In this document: one piece after another, positions 1 through 13,516 of the stretch
How positions within the stretch are numbered: the first letter of the stretch is position 1
Layout of the letters: each line of letters begins with the position of its first letter
From: Paraphysomonas bandaiensis
Lineage: Eukaryota; Protista; Chrysophyceae
Assembly: GCA_965644295.1 (NCBI GenBank)
Contig: CBFFRP010000179.1
Location: 1 to 63,394, forward strand
Direction of reading: 5' to 3'
DNA: 63,394 nt
Notes under the pieces: model-generated
What the model was told of the DNA's origin: nothing
The model's input: the letters and a program-made list of their open reading frames with translations, nothing else
Databases searched by the model: none
Translations under genes and position numbers: made by a program

Positions 1-635
1 ATTCATTGACGTTCACCAACTCTTTTTATCTCTACTACACCAACCATTTCTAGTACGATCTTACATCGCCACTATCTTGTACAGTCAGTATATTTCAGTT
101 TCATCACTACAATGGCTATCATATTATTGGTTCTCATAATAAAGCTAGCTACTACTGTATTCTTTGAGTAACGGTTATAATTCTAATATCTTGGAAACTA
201 CAGCTTTTAATTGGTTACAAACAGCAAACCTCAACAGCCGCTGCTAATATGAGCGTTATGTGGAGCCCAATTCTGGTCAAAAGAGCTTCTTTGAAGACAA
301 AATGGGGAAAATACTATATTGCAGTATACTATTCCCTATTCGAAGTCGTGCACACACAAACGTGACAATGTTCAAAATTTAGTTATCAAAACTAAGACAC
401 CTTTGATTATAATTTATTACTATTCGAAATCGCTTCGTGTGGAAGGCGGCTTCGTCTTCACATTTTACTATTACTTCACTTAACTTCAAATTCACAGTAC
501 GTTGATTTATCTCAAGCGCCAATGCAGTTTTTTAAATCTCCAGTGAATTACTTTTCAATATACAAGCTTCTTCACAGTAGACTCAAAGTTTGAGAATCAG
601 GAACATTAAGTTGCTGATTCAAAATATTTCGGATC

Positions 636-3600
636 TCACGGAGTAGCGTTCTGAGCATCACTCACTGTGTCCTCCAAATTCGAAGGACAGATTCGTGATA
701 CAACGATACTCTTGTTTTGGAGATACTTACGAATGTTCTGTACTCCAACCGGTATGCTCCCTATGGTGCCCTCTGGGCCAGCCAAATACAACATTGGCAT
801 GAAAAAGCACAGTGAATACATCCAGCTGAATAGAATAGTGGCTACAATAAGGACAGCCATCTTTACAAAGAATATCAATTGGCATGCAAACATGAACACT
901 CCGGCTCCAATGGTAGTTATCGCCCCACCAATCACTGTCAGCAACAGAACATGACTGGTCATTTCAAATTTGCTTTTCTTGTCACTTAACCCTTTTGCCT
1001 CGGCTTCGTTGTACATGTGCCCCAGATGTACTGTGTAATCAACAGAAAAACCAATGATAATGATACCCGCAATGCTCTCAGCAATGCCAAGGTTCCAATG
1101 CATAGAATAGTTTGTGAACCCCAACACACCGAACACAATGAAGAAAACAGTCAAAATTGCATAAAGTGCAATGATAACATTTCCGGTAGCGAACAATAGC
1201 ACCGCAAAGGCCACGGGGAATGCAATTGAAAGTCCTTGGTAGAACCCACTCACAATTCCCTCCTCTGACTTCATCCAGGAAAAAGCATACTCTCCAGAGT
1301 ACATGAGACTACTACAATCACACTCATCGCACTCCTCGTAGTTCTTCACTTTACGCACCAGGGAGTCTAACCGACTGGCTACTTCCTGTTTTAGTTTCAT
1401 CGAAGCTTGACTTTCCATCGTTGAAGTAAAAAATACACTTCCGAATTTTAGGTTACCTTCTATAAACCCAATTTCATCTTGCCAATCTGCGAATGCGTTG
1501 TACTTTTGGTTTTCCTCTTCCCTAAAGTTTGACAAGGTAGAATAAAAGCGAGTCTCTGACATATTGTATGTATCTTCTCCATATGTACTCTTCGCCCAGC
1601 TACGAAAGTCTTTCATGAAACACTCCGTAGTATTATCGCGTGCAATTCTCTTTGTTGGCTTGCATGCCTCTGACCGACACTCGTATGTGGTTATATCATC
1701 ACACATACGTATCATGGCTTTCTGACATGCAGGCTGAGCAAGATTCCAGTTTGAATCAAATTTTGCATCGCCACGGTTCTTTCCTGGTTTATAGATATTG
1801 AATGACCCACGATCTATTCCCTTAATTCCAAATGTAAATGTTACGGTTTCATACGAAGAGTCATCTGCGCCAAGAAAGCCATTGACCAATACGTCTTGAG
1901 CGCGGGTAAACATATGTCGTTCAGGATACCAATTCTCAACTTCAGTTGGCGGTGTCAGTTCCAAACCATACATAGCCCCGATAACGCCAAATACGAACAA
2001 GCCTGCCACCAATACCATGGCAACTACTGGTGCGTTCTTGCCGCTGCCCAACGGAATGCTAGCCTCAATAAATTTAATGTAGAAATCAACTACAGGTGAT
2101 TCATTTCCGATCGCAGAATTACTATTCTTATTCGATACGTCAGACGCTTCGACATTACCCATATGAGGCGACATTTCAGAATCTCCAACAACAGTTGGGA
2201 GCTCGATTACCGACACCACATTTTTCTCGGAGTCGTTACGCTCCATGATGTCAGGATCGCCAAGCATGACACTATCATACGATCCTACTGCATGCTCAGA
2301 ATTTCGGACGTCATTACGTTCGCCTTCCTCGTCCATATTCACAGTCTTCACTGGTATCTTTCGAGAAGAGGGTAAGCACGGGACCCAACGGTAGAAATAC
2401 ATTTCCGAAATGACCACAGCTGGGGGCATCAGGGTAACCACAAAAACAAAGTTCAGGACAATGCATGTTGCCGCAAACCAGCCAAACGTAGCAATAGGCA
2501 TAAGAGGGGAGAATCCAGTAGCAATGAAAGCGGCAGCGGTGGTGACACTGGTATTAAATACTGTAGATATTGTGTGCTATGGAAAAGATTATCAAGTACA
2601 CTCATATCCACTGATGCACGTACCTCATAACAGTAATTCAATCGCTTGTGTGTCAGCTCACGATCCCGTCCGTCAGATATGTCACCCTCAAACATGTTAG
2701 CTGTTTGCTTCCACGAATCTACCAGAACGAAAATATTATCGGCACCTACTCCAAGGACAATGAAAAGCACCAATATGTGTAGCTCTGAAAAGTAAGGGAT
2801 ATTATATACTCCTTTATACAGGAGTAAACTACAGGGAATGGAGCAAAATATCATATACATTCCAGTTGACGCAATAAAGAGAGACCTCGTGTGCACGCAT
2901 AACCACGTCCACACAAAGAGAATGCTGAATATTGAAAACACCAAGTCTGCGGCTACAACTCGTGTGGCTTCGTTGTCGACATTCCACACACTGTACCACA
3001 TCACTTCGACTTTATTCTCCGATGCAGACAACAAGTAAGGAGACGGGTAGTACGAAAATAAGCTATCCACACTTGCAGAGAGATCAAAAAAATCTAAAAG
3101 ATTTTCCTCCACACCATCTATCGCCCCGTTGATACCCGTGACGAACTTTTGGTACTCTTCTTTCTATACATAAAAAAGGGCCCATTAAAATTTAATTTAG
3201 AATGGAAAACAAGTCATTCTACCTGCTTATCTTCTTTTTCAGATACCGACTCGTATCCCTCTAAAGGAGCTCCAAATTGCCAAATGCTCTGAGCCTTAGT
3301 CGAATATCCCGTGCTCGTGGACTGTTTACTGAGCCAGTATCCATACTGCTCTTGACCTTCAGGCGTCTGCATTGCATCATACAATTCGTCACTTTTCTCT
3401 TCAACAGCAGCATCAGAGAGAAGGTTACAGCTCCACTGTGACAGGTTTTGAAATCCGTAAAAGTGTACTACAATTGACGTCGACGGCAACACACATTCTC
3501 CATTGCTATCAAGTAAGCAGTAATTTTCAAAGTCTTCATTAAGCGCAATGAGAGATTCAACTCGACACATATCAAGAAGATTCTGTGGGGTATATATATC

Positions 3601-3945
3601 CTTCTTATCTTTTGCTTCATGAATAAATATAAATGACTCCTCATATTCTTGTGTACGTACACCTGACTGAGTGTTTAACTTATCAGTACGTTCCACTGCA
3701 TCATTTAATGCATCTGAGTTACGTGATTCTTCAGTAGATGCAATGACCCAATCATATGGGGTTGGACTTGTAATTGTCGCATATCCCAATTGAATTACAG
3801 TGAACACCATAAGGAATATTATGATCACAGTACATGAACACATACGTATAGGATGGTATGACATTTCTCGTGTAATACGATATATCCATCCATTATCATG
3901 TCCTTTTTCTTTATCATGCATTGTCTGATGACTGTCTTTACCCAT
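636..3945 (-). CDS. Dispatched/Patched-family (RND, sterol-sensing domain) multi-pass membrane protein, 3 exons
   Basis: ORFs 3214-3945, 2453-3112 and 636-2501 join in frame through GT-AG introns 3164-3222 and 2577-2623. Motifs GVGADNIFV, FNTSVTTAAAF and GFSVDYTVHLGH, with two TM bundles, are typical of the Dispatched family. Confidence 0.88.
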
Positions 3946-4799
3946 CCTGAAATCAGATTGTGATAATACCCCCTGGTTAAGTCACTAGAAGGATGACTTA
4001 ATGAGCTTGATATAATGCCAGTCATCTTGCATGGAAATACATAGTTAGACTCTCTACACACTCCTACATACATAAGACTCTATCGAATTCTATGAAGATT
4101 TAACCAATTATATAAATAGATAGATATTTACAATGATATGATTGGATAATTGGAAACGTAGGAGAGAAAGTGGAGAAAGTTCGTCAGTGGGTTGATGAAT
4201 GGATGATAACTTCAATGTAATCCGTTGAAAAAAGAACGGATATATGGCCGAATTAAACGGATATTGTTATTTATTTTCATGTAGCCCGTTAATTAAACGC
4301 ATCATATGTAGCCCGTGTATAATATGTTACGTGAAATATCAGGATATCTATTGTTGACCAATCATATAATAATACAATCTGTTGATTTGATAAATGTAAA
4401 AAACTGCCACACAACCGTTAATACAATCTATCATGCACATGCATTGCATCCAGTCTCCATGCAACTCCATTGGAATGCAAATAGATATATAAAAGATGCT
4501 CTTAGAAGAAATGCTTTGCAACTTAACTCATCTGCAAGTAATACTGCACCAATCAAATTCAAGAAACATCATCGTGTCTACTAACGGGTGACTGTATTGT
4601 TTTCGGACTGTTGGCACTGCTGTAAGAGGGAATACGTCATGGATGTCATGAGGCTGATAGTGGCTCACTTGTCAATTTATTTGTAAGCTAATGATGTGTA
4701 GCCTGTAATCAAAACCTTGTGTGATATGACGAGAAACACTCCCGTTAAAACATTTTGAGATGATCCTTCTGCGTGTACTGTGGATATAAACACTCTCTT

Positions 4800-5318
4800 A
4801 TCTTTTCAAGATTTGTGAGAATGATTTGTGAGAGCTGAATTAGAGCGACTTTTTACATTCTCAATACACACACACGAAGATCGCATGCGATACTGGGACA
4901 GTCTGCTCTACAGGAACTGTCATGTATTAAGTTGTCTTATACACTCCTATATCTCTGGATGATATAGCAGATGATTCAGAAAGGTTACTCTCGCAATCAG
5001 TTCTTATAGATGCGTTTTAGGATTGGGAAGACGATGACAATCTATGTCACGATGAGATAGAGAATTTTGATTGGGAAGAAAACGATTAATAATTACTACT
5101 GGATCCTGCTTAAGAAAGAAAACGCTACGGTGGTATTCACTTATGTGGTGGTATACTCCTTTCATCAACTAACTAATTCTACAATATGATCAACATTCAA
5201 AAGTTCATTTTTATAATAGTAATGTAATATAAAAATTATAATAGTATTTTTGGGCCGGTTTAAAATGTTCTTCAATACTATTGGCAATAGTATTGCACTA
5301 TGCTATTCCCTAGCCTTG
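4800..5318 (+). mobile_element. Degraded hAT (family A) 3' end remnant
   Basis: ERLF-like and acidic-tail coding remnants. 5240-5318 (GGCCGGTTTAAA...GTATTGCACTATGCTATTCCCTAGCC) resembles the 3' termini at 21480-21567 and 39260-39350. Confidence 0.5.
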
Positions 5319-5649
5319 TAAAAATATATTGTACAACACTCTTTCATCTTAATTGCGTTAAGCATTTGTTAACATCTTGTTAAAAAATTTCAGTCAGTGT
5401 TCAGCATCTAGCGTTATGACACTCAATATATATATATATATATATGCCTTCAACAAAGTTGGACTTGCATCTTTTTGTGGTGCTCTGGGGGATAAGTACC
5501 GGAGATATTTCTCAGGAAAACTACCGCGAGCCGCATATATAATCAGCATATATTGTTCTGTCCACTCATAGCCAAATGTTTATGTGGTACAAGGGACACC
5601 AAAATATAATTTTATTTTCTTGGAGTTTATTATCAAAATTATTTATTTA

Positions 5650-6195
5650 TTTTCATTCTCAAAATTCGGATCATTGACAATGGAAGTTGCTTTTCTTTTT
5701 TGCAGATAGTGAATACTTTGCCCCGAAATCCCTCAATAAGCCATCAAAAATGTTCCGGCATTCATAAAGATTCACTTGACTTGTTGATCCTCCTGTTTGA
5801 AGCAACTTCCTCAGATCATCTACAAGGGCGATGATATCGGTATTCTGTCAAGGAGTAGGAATCATATCAGTAACTGCATGCGGTAAGTCTTCGATTTTTA
5901 AAACATGATTTTTTATACACATCCATTTAACGAGAACCTGATATATAGAAGCCCATCTTGTGACATTTATCCTTTCTGGCAGCCCACTGGTTTGGCCAGG
6001 CAGCAAGGAAGCATTCTTAATCTTCTTCAACTTCCCCATTAGTAGGTCTACTTTCCGAATAAGAGGCCTAATGCCTTCGTCAGTCTTGTCACATCTCCTT
6101 GGTTATTTGCTACCAATGAGTTCATTGACATCAAGATTTAGTCGGTGATATGCACATCCAACTAGGGGTAAATGTTCCTACTTTTGTATGCATTC
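5650..6195 (-). pseudogene. hAT transposase internal fragment
   Basis: Translates to PLVGCAYHRLNL (CxxH), NVTRWASIYQVL (TRW motif) and SIVNDPNFEN, with stops and frameshifts. Confidence 0.75.
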
Positions 6196-6198
6196 ATC

Positions 6199-8095
6199 GT
6201 AGTAGTGAATGTCTGATTATTTAGCAATAGGCGTTGAGACCTTGCATCAATTAGTGGCTAGAAGAATGCTAGTCATACTAGTTAGACCACTACCCGTAAC
6301 TAATCAATACAAACTCTTTTATCCTACTATTTAACGCTACGAAAGCTGCTTGTGCGTCGCCGCAAGCACCAAGGTGCAACCACTTCCGTTCTTTTTGTGT
6401 GATATGAAATTCGCCTTTATCGTGTGTCCGTGGACTCACCGGCGCTTTTGATCTGGGGGTCTCCCTTTGGGATGGGTCTCCATTGGTTTTGGAGGGGGCT
6501 CAGCATTCTGAATTAGGGTCCTGAGTGCACCTAGTTCCAGATGTGTGGGTTGGGAGTGGTGGGGATTGTTGTGAGGAGGAGTTGGGTTTGTAGTATGTGT
6601 TACTGTGCTCCTGTGGGGCCGCGGGTGTAGATAGAGTTGTCGAAGCCGTCGGCGTTGTGGAGGTCTGGGCAGTCCAGTGCTCTGTCGGGTAGGACCTGTG
6701 AGGTGTGCACGTGTGTCTGGAGTCGGATACGCTGTGGGGGGTCTTCGTTGGACCCCTAGTAGTCGAAGGACTCTCGGACGTTGTCTTGACTGACTGCGTT
6801 TCGGACGGGGTCTCGGGAGTAGCCTGGGCGGCCTTTTGGACATGGTGATATAGCGACAACCGCGATCCTGTAACATAAGCTTCGCTGCAGTGTAAAGCGG
6901 TTGCAGGAGATTAATAACCACTGTTTCTAGGTTCCGTAGACTGTGAACCGTCAGGTGGTTGTGTATGTCATCTCCGAAGACCGTTTCCAGTTGGGCTGCT
7001 GTGATGGTTCCAGTCCAGTATCTCTCGACCTGTGGGATGGAGGGATTCCAGGCTCTGCTGGAGAGTCTCCGTAGTGCAGATGTGATCCAGTTGGGTAAGT
7101 TCTGAGTTCTCTGTATTTCGTGTAGCACATTTTTATGCGATTGAAATGCAGTTTCCCTTATTTGGGTGATGGATTCATGTGTGCAGTCGAGGCACATATG
7201 TTTTAGGGAATCTAGTCGAAACCCGCAGTCAGAGCATGCGGCTTTGGTCAGGTCAAGCCCCTGTTTGGTTTTGGCCCGGTTCCTCCCTATGCAGAAAGAT
7301 TTGTCCCATGTCAGTGCCGTGTTGAGAATTCTTTGGCGTAGATTTGAGCTGAGTTTGTCTTTGGATGCACTGCCATCCGCTTGAGCTAGTTTGCGCGGGA
7401 GGTGTACTCCGCTATTGGTCCAGTAGCCAGGCGCTCGATCAGGATTGTTTCCGTAGCGTTGATCTCTGGTTGAAGTGTAGTTCTCAAGTGTCCTTAGGTC
7501 GCAGAGATCTTGGAAATCAGTAAGGAGTGGGCTAGAGTAGTATGGCCGTCTTGTACTGTGCAAACGCCAGTGCCATAATCCAGCGGTTAGTAAGCGTTCA
7601 ATGGCACTGTCAATCGCAATTGTACAGACAGTGTAGTTATTTTTTCCAAGGATGCGATCGACTTCATGCCAGTCTTCACCCGCGACTGCGTCCGCAATAT
7701 AGATGCCCTTGTCCTCAAACGTCCACTCCGTTTCATCTGTGGTACGTCGTTCGGGATGGGACCTCACCCAGGTCACCTGTCGTTTGCAATCTCTACTGGC
7801 CGCGATGCTTTCGAGTAGTACCCCTTTTGCACGGTGACCGAGAGCTCTGCGTCTTGTGGAGAGTGCTTCCTCAGTACGGGTGCACACTGCCTGACAGTCT
7901 GTGTGGCTGCTTATGTGTTCGGGAATGCGTGTTGAGAGTATAAGCCCCATGGCTGTGCCTATGAGTTCATATGCGTATGAGTCCAAACCTGGCACATCAC
8001 GAAAGGGTGTATCTAGTCGTAGTATTATGGTTGTACCATCTTCCCAGGCATTTTCTGGGGGTAAGTAGACGACCGCTGCACCTCCTCGGTGTGTC
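6199..8095 (-). mobile_element. 5'-truncated non-LTR retrotransposon: RNase H + CCHC zinc finger + basic C-terminus + 3' UTR
   Basis: ORF 6436-7995 stays open up to ~8094. It has RNase H motifs (ELIG, HTDCQ, WVRSHPE...GIYIADAVA) and CSDC..HMCLDC. The 3' UTR ends in GACATTCACTACTAC and is repeated elsewhere in the window. Confidence 0.8.
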
Positions 8096-8099
8096 CATC

Positions 8100-8452
8100 A
8101 TTCAGATGTCTCTTCTTATCACTATATGATATATATATTTTATATTAAGAGAATTACTGTACCTGCTGTACATACATGTGTAGAGTACTGTTTGAGCTGG
8201 CGATGCATAACAAATAGAAAATAACATCAAAAGTAGGCTTTCTTTCTTATTTTCCAGATATATATAATATATATACATGGACTTATATTTTTTACCCTAC
8301 AGTTAAAAAGCTTTCTGTATATGACTATCATAATATTGATTGCAATATATTGTGAGCTACAATAACAGAAACAATATTGATGGAATATTTTACCAGTCCA
8401 CCAATCAATATATTTTACAATATATTGCAATACAATATTGTACTCTATCCCT
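8100..8452 (-). mobile_element. hAT family A 5' terminal segment
   Basis: Reverse complement matches the 5' ends at 20750-20950 and 38579-38900 (ATATATTGATTGGTGGACTGG...; degenerate TIR near 8430-8452). Confidence 0.7.
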
Positions 8453-8761
8453 TCTACATTCACTACTCTCAATATATGCACGTAAATATTCCTTTGTTAT
8501 TAGTTCATGCACATCGAAATCTCGAGTATTTGAGAAAGATAAATGGATTCGATTCAATTTTAACTATAATTATTAGATGTGATTACGTCAGGAACAAACC
8601 ATCGCGACAGACCAATGATGTTAGAATATCATATAAAGGGTTAGCATCTCCTACAACGTAAGACTGCAACTAATGATACCTAAATAATCGATACTTTTGA
8701 GGTAATGTAGTCTCGTACTGATCAAGTATCCGAAACAAGCAAACAGGTAGGTAGGCATACA

Positions 8762-11700
8762 CTACAGCTGAATAGCTGAAAACTTTTCGCTTGTTTCAGG
8801 AGACCTTTGCCGGTTGCGAATGTACTCTACAGGATAATGTATAAACATATGTAACAATAATAATATCAGTAGTAGCTATAGTTGCAAAACAGTGTAATAT
8901 TCAGCATTTTAGTTCTGAACTCACCAAGTGTGTTGCGGTAGTGGGCTTTCACAGCTGACCCCATCGGCTGGGCAGCTGCTCCCTGTCCTCCATCCTCGGA
9001 TCCCATCTGTTCGTTAATAAGGGCGATCAGGCCGCTCAAATATCGCACGTGGATAAGTGGGTTGTTGTTCTCGAAGTAAAATATGTATCTGAAGTAGAGC
9101 ACACCCGTCAGTATGTCACGTATAAACAAACCGATAGTACAAATGTAAGCAATGGACACGCAGAATGCAGAAGTATATATGAATAGTAAAAATACAAACC
9201 TGTCCAAGATCTCCACGAATATGTTGGGGTTACACACAGAGGCAATCTTAAGTGATCTTTGCATGCACTCCAGCACCCTGTCACAATCTGCATACCTCGC
9301 CCCATGCGTAGACGGCTCTTCTTCTCCATCAACAATTGTTGGTGGATCCTTGGGCCAAAACAAGTGGGAACAAAGGGTAACCATACGGCACTGATCGGGT
9401 TTCTTAAGGAGTTTGTTGGCATACTACACACATGAGGGAAATTTAAAAAATCAACGCTTAAAGCAAAAGCCAGATGCTGTAATCTCAAAGCTCACAATTG
9501 TGTGATAACAGCACAATGTGGGAAAAATTTCACATATACTGTTTCCATAATACCACTTCCTGTACCAACCTGTGCAGTTTTGGTGATTAGTGCCTCGTAG
9601 TCCTCGGTGGGGAAGTTGCGGCAGTTCAACAGGGTGCCAATAATAGCCGTCAAGGCACGAACTTGGGCCTTGCTCTCACTGATTTCACACTCATAGATAA
9701 GCAAACCCTCTTTCACAAACTCGTACGCAATAGCAGAGAAGTTGCATGCATCCGCCGCCTGGAGATCAACAAATTAATAGGCATATATGACAAGAGCAGG
9801 AACATGTGTCAGATGCATTCATATCGAATTGCTACGCAGTTAACAAGTAGCGTGCACGATTCCAACAAACATTACCTGTGCAGCTTGTAGGAAAAGTTTC
9901 ATTGATATTTCTGGATGAGAGGTTGCCATGGCGGTGACAATCTCAATGATAAATTGGAACACCTTTCGGGTGCTGTATTGCGGGGGAGCATCTTGCTCCA
10001 TTGAAGCCGCCTTTTCTCTTGCAAGCACGCGTTTAGCAAGTGATAATGCAGCGAACACCAGTGGAACAAGTGTAAACTGAATGCGTTGGGCACCGCCATT
10101 AATAAACTTCGTCCGCGCGGCGACAAAAATACGCAACAAGACATCTGTGTCGTCATTTTGCATTAAATGTACAACTTTCGCAACAAGCATTTGCTCCTCC
10201 TTAAACTGATCATCAATAGGAGGCTCTTTGCCATCCTCATCAGCTTCTCTAGTTGTGCCATCGGGATCCTTAAGAAGGGGTGTAATGATCTCAAACAGCT
10301 GTTCAGCCTGATCCACTTCAGTAAGGAGAGCATTACGAGCAACAACACTTCGCAGGAGTGAGGCTGCAACTTCCTTCCAATTACCCCATGGTAAGAAAGA
10401 CATGAGCGTAGGATACTGTTGCAGACTTAACACCTTTAGGGCGAGGGAGGATAACGGGGCTGAGAGAAGCTGCTCAATCTGCGCGGTGGTATCTCGCAAG
10501 GACTTCGTGGTGGGGTGTGCACCCTCGGCGGCCAAGGTCGCTTGGAAATCACTTTTCTCTATTAGTGCAACACTCGCTGCCAGACAGTGCGAAACATAAT
10601 CCAGCTTATTCGGGTAGCACTTCAAGGAGAAGTTTGTAAGGGCCGTCTGAAGCCGCAAGGTTTCAGTAAGAGTCAAATTAGTGCGGTTCTCGATAAGAGT
10701 TGTGATACAATCGTTGAACATCTTAAACGCATGAACCTCTGAAGGAATCTGACCAGTGTTATTAGCCGCATAGTATGCCAGGCGATCCATCATGGCCTCA
10801 AGTATCGCCCGGACGTTAACCTTGTCCTTCAAATTGGCGCACGTGTTCAAGAATGGCTCAAGAGTAGCAAGATGAAACTCATCAGGAAAAACCTGTATGG
10901 TGCAGTCCATCAGGTACGACTGGGCGATAGTGTCTTTGCACAACACAACTTGCTCCAGGATCTTAGGAAGAACGTTGGCGCGGTACTCCTGTAGATCAAG
11001 ACCCTCGAGTTCACTCAAACGGACAAGGTTAGTGCCGACAAGAATGCGCAGATCTTGACGCTCTTTCTCGCGCTTCTTGCGGTCCTCCTTGGCGCCCTGG
11101 TTCTGCAAACGTACCCAAAGGCGATTAGCCTGCTCAAAATTTTGGAGGACAAAATCGTAAGCATCTTGAACATTTCCACCAGTTCCTTCAAATGCGGAAC
11201 CTGTATCAGGGAGCCGCTTTTTAGTCACATGGCTGAGGTAATTGCGGAGAAATAGACCCCTCATTGGATGCTGTACTCCTTTGATCATATCAACCAAATC
11301 TTTCAGAATATCTTTTGCTGGGGCTTCTTGAGAGTCAATGTAGACACCACCCACACAACAGAGAAGGTAAAGACGTGGAAGTACTTGAGAGCACGCTTGA
11401 ACTTTCTCATAGATTTCTTGAATCTTATGCCCATTTCGTTGAAGAGTTAAGAAGTACTCTTCCATCTCTCTCATCTCATCAAGAACATTCATATAAAGTT
11501 CATAGTAGTTTTTTGGTGTGAGTTTACTAGTGCGAAGTTCTCTGAGCATTTCAGTGGCATGGTCTAATGCTAGTTTGACATTATCTCCATCCTATACCAT
11601 AAAATACAGATATTAACACCGCATACACTCAATATAACACACATCTATATATACATCTATATATATACATATATAACATACCAGACACATACATACACAC

Positions 11701-11907
11701 ATATCACACACACATATATATATAGAGAGAGAGAGAGAGGAAGGGAGGGAGGGGGGTACGTACCATCGCCCGCTTCATAAAAAATGCTTGTTCCTTAACC
11801 TTCGTGACGGCCTCATCCACCAGCCTGTTAAGTTTATTAAAGATATCCACAAGAGATACATGTATGTATATATACCGCAACTGATCTGATTCATTTATAG
11901 CTGACAT
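8762..11907 (-). CDS. VPS35: Retromer cargo-recognition subunit VPS35, multi-exon
   Basis: Spliced N-terminus MSAINESDQLRLVDEAVTKVKEQAFFMKRAM-DGDNVKLALDHATEMLRELRTSKLTPKNYYELY. Contains PRLYLL, GVQHPMRGLFLRNYL, LRILVGTNLVRLS and KLLKKPDQCR..CSHLFW. GT-AG introns; stop at 8762-8764. Confidence 0.97.
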
Positions 11908-12219
11908 CCTCCTTGCAGTCTCACAGAGATATGTGGTTTAATGAGGGGGGGTAAGGGTGATGTATATATATATATGTGTGTATGTGTGGAGAGAAGTGAT
12001 TGATATGCCGTGTATATATATATATATATATATGCAGACACACACACACACAGAGAGAGGGGAGTGTATGTAGAGGTGTGGAGTGCAGGTGATGCTATCC
12101 TACCTGACATGGTGCATTGTGTGTTGTGTGGGTAGCTTTGTAGGTATGTATATATGTATGTCTGCATGTAGGTAGGTAGGTAGGTACGAGCGTAGGGAGG
12201 TACGATCCCAGTATGTAGT

Positions 12220-12575
12220 TATGTATGTATGTATGTATGTATGTATGTATGTATGTATGTATGTATGTATGTATGTATGTATGTATGTATGTATGTATGT
12301 ATGTATGTATGTATGTATGTATGTATGTATGTATGTATGTATGTATGTATGTATGTATGTATGTATGTATGTATGTATGTATGTATGTATGTATGTATGT
12401 ATGTATGTATGTATGTATGTATGTATGTATGTATGTATGTATGTATGTATGTATGTATGTATGTATGTATGTATGTATGTATGTATGCATGTATGTATGT
12501 ATGTATGTATGTATGTATGTATGTATGTATGTATGTATGTATGTATGTATGTATGTATGTATGTATGTATGTATG
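12220..12575. repeat. (TATG)n microsatellite, ~355 bp
   Basis: Directly visible, one internal substitution. Confidence 0.98.
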
Positions 12576-13080
12576 AAGAGCCATCGCTTCTGTTGTCCAT
12601 GTATTGGGCAGTGTAAACGACCATCTCTGCATAATGAAAGCACCCACAGGACTGCACTATGAACATAAATGCAACAAATACTACCATTGGATGAGACCAA
12701 GCACAAATCGCTGTGTCTAGTTGATGGGACTAACCCACAATCATTGCTCTTTTGCTTGTTGCAGGGAACGAGTATCTTCATAATAGTCAGAAGAATAACT
12801 TGTATAAGAAGAAAAGTTTGGCTCTATTGCAGGCTTATGACCCCGTGTACGAAACTAATGGTGAAACTGAAGGGCCAAATCTCGAAATCACTGACTAGGC
12901 ATGTGACTCAGCTACCGCTAGATTTTGCTTAATTGAGTCGATAGTCTTGTATGTATGATATTGAAAAGCATAGCTGTCGAGGGAGTATGAGGTGTTTAGT
13001 AAATTAGCAAGAACGAAGTGATCGGGCCGCCAAGGTGTCCCCTCTCCTCGTGTTTTCCCATACACTAGTGGTATTGATTT
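12576..13080 (-). pseudogene. Possible Ulp1/C48-like (CE clan) cysteine protease remnant
   Basis: Minus-strand translation SIPLVYG..PDHFVLA..KTIDSIKQ then NKQKSNDCG|ICCIY gives His-Asp-Gln-Cys in clan CE order. It contains an in-frame stop and ends at the microsatellite. Confidence 0.35.
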
Positions 13081-13516
13081 AGCATTTCATGGTAAGACCA
13101 TTTAATTAAAAGTATAACTTAATTCCTGAGATCAGTCATGGACAAGTGAGTTATGTCCAGTCACAGATTTGCATGGCATAGTCAGTTATATAAATTTCCA
13201 TCGTATTCACGCATAAGTTATAGCTTATGAGCTATCGATTCTACATGGACATCGCCAACAACACTAGTATTTAATGGTGTGAAATTTGAAGTTGAGCCTA
13301 AAAATAGTTATGTTACAGTATTCGTTCATACACATATTTCTAAGGATGCATAGCAAAACCAGAAGGCAAAAGTATGCACAACTTAGAAGTAAAATAATCC
13401 AAACTTAAAACCCACAGAAAATATATATAACAAGGCATAAAAAGTCGACGAAATAAAATAATATGTTTGACTGTAGACAAACAGAAGGTAAATTTCGTAT
13501 ACAAGTACGATAGTTC

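Noticed and set aside
6300-6400. Hammerhead or HDV ribozyme in the conserved retro-tail
   Set aside because: No CUGANGA...GAAA core or HDV nested pseudoknot could be traced by eye; kept only as a structured tail.
6436-7180. Restriction-like endonuclease (Dualen/RandI-type) after the CCHC finger
   Set aside because: No PD..D/E-x-K motif is recognisable.
12095-12781. HTYI/MYVC-repeat ORFs (also at 14964-15254, 19298-20260 and 32006-32434)
   Set aside because: Stop-free translations of (CATA)n microsatellites, not genes.
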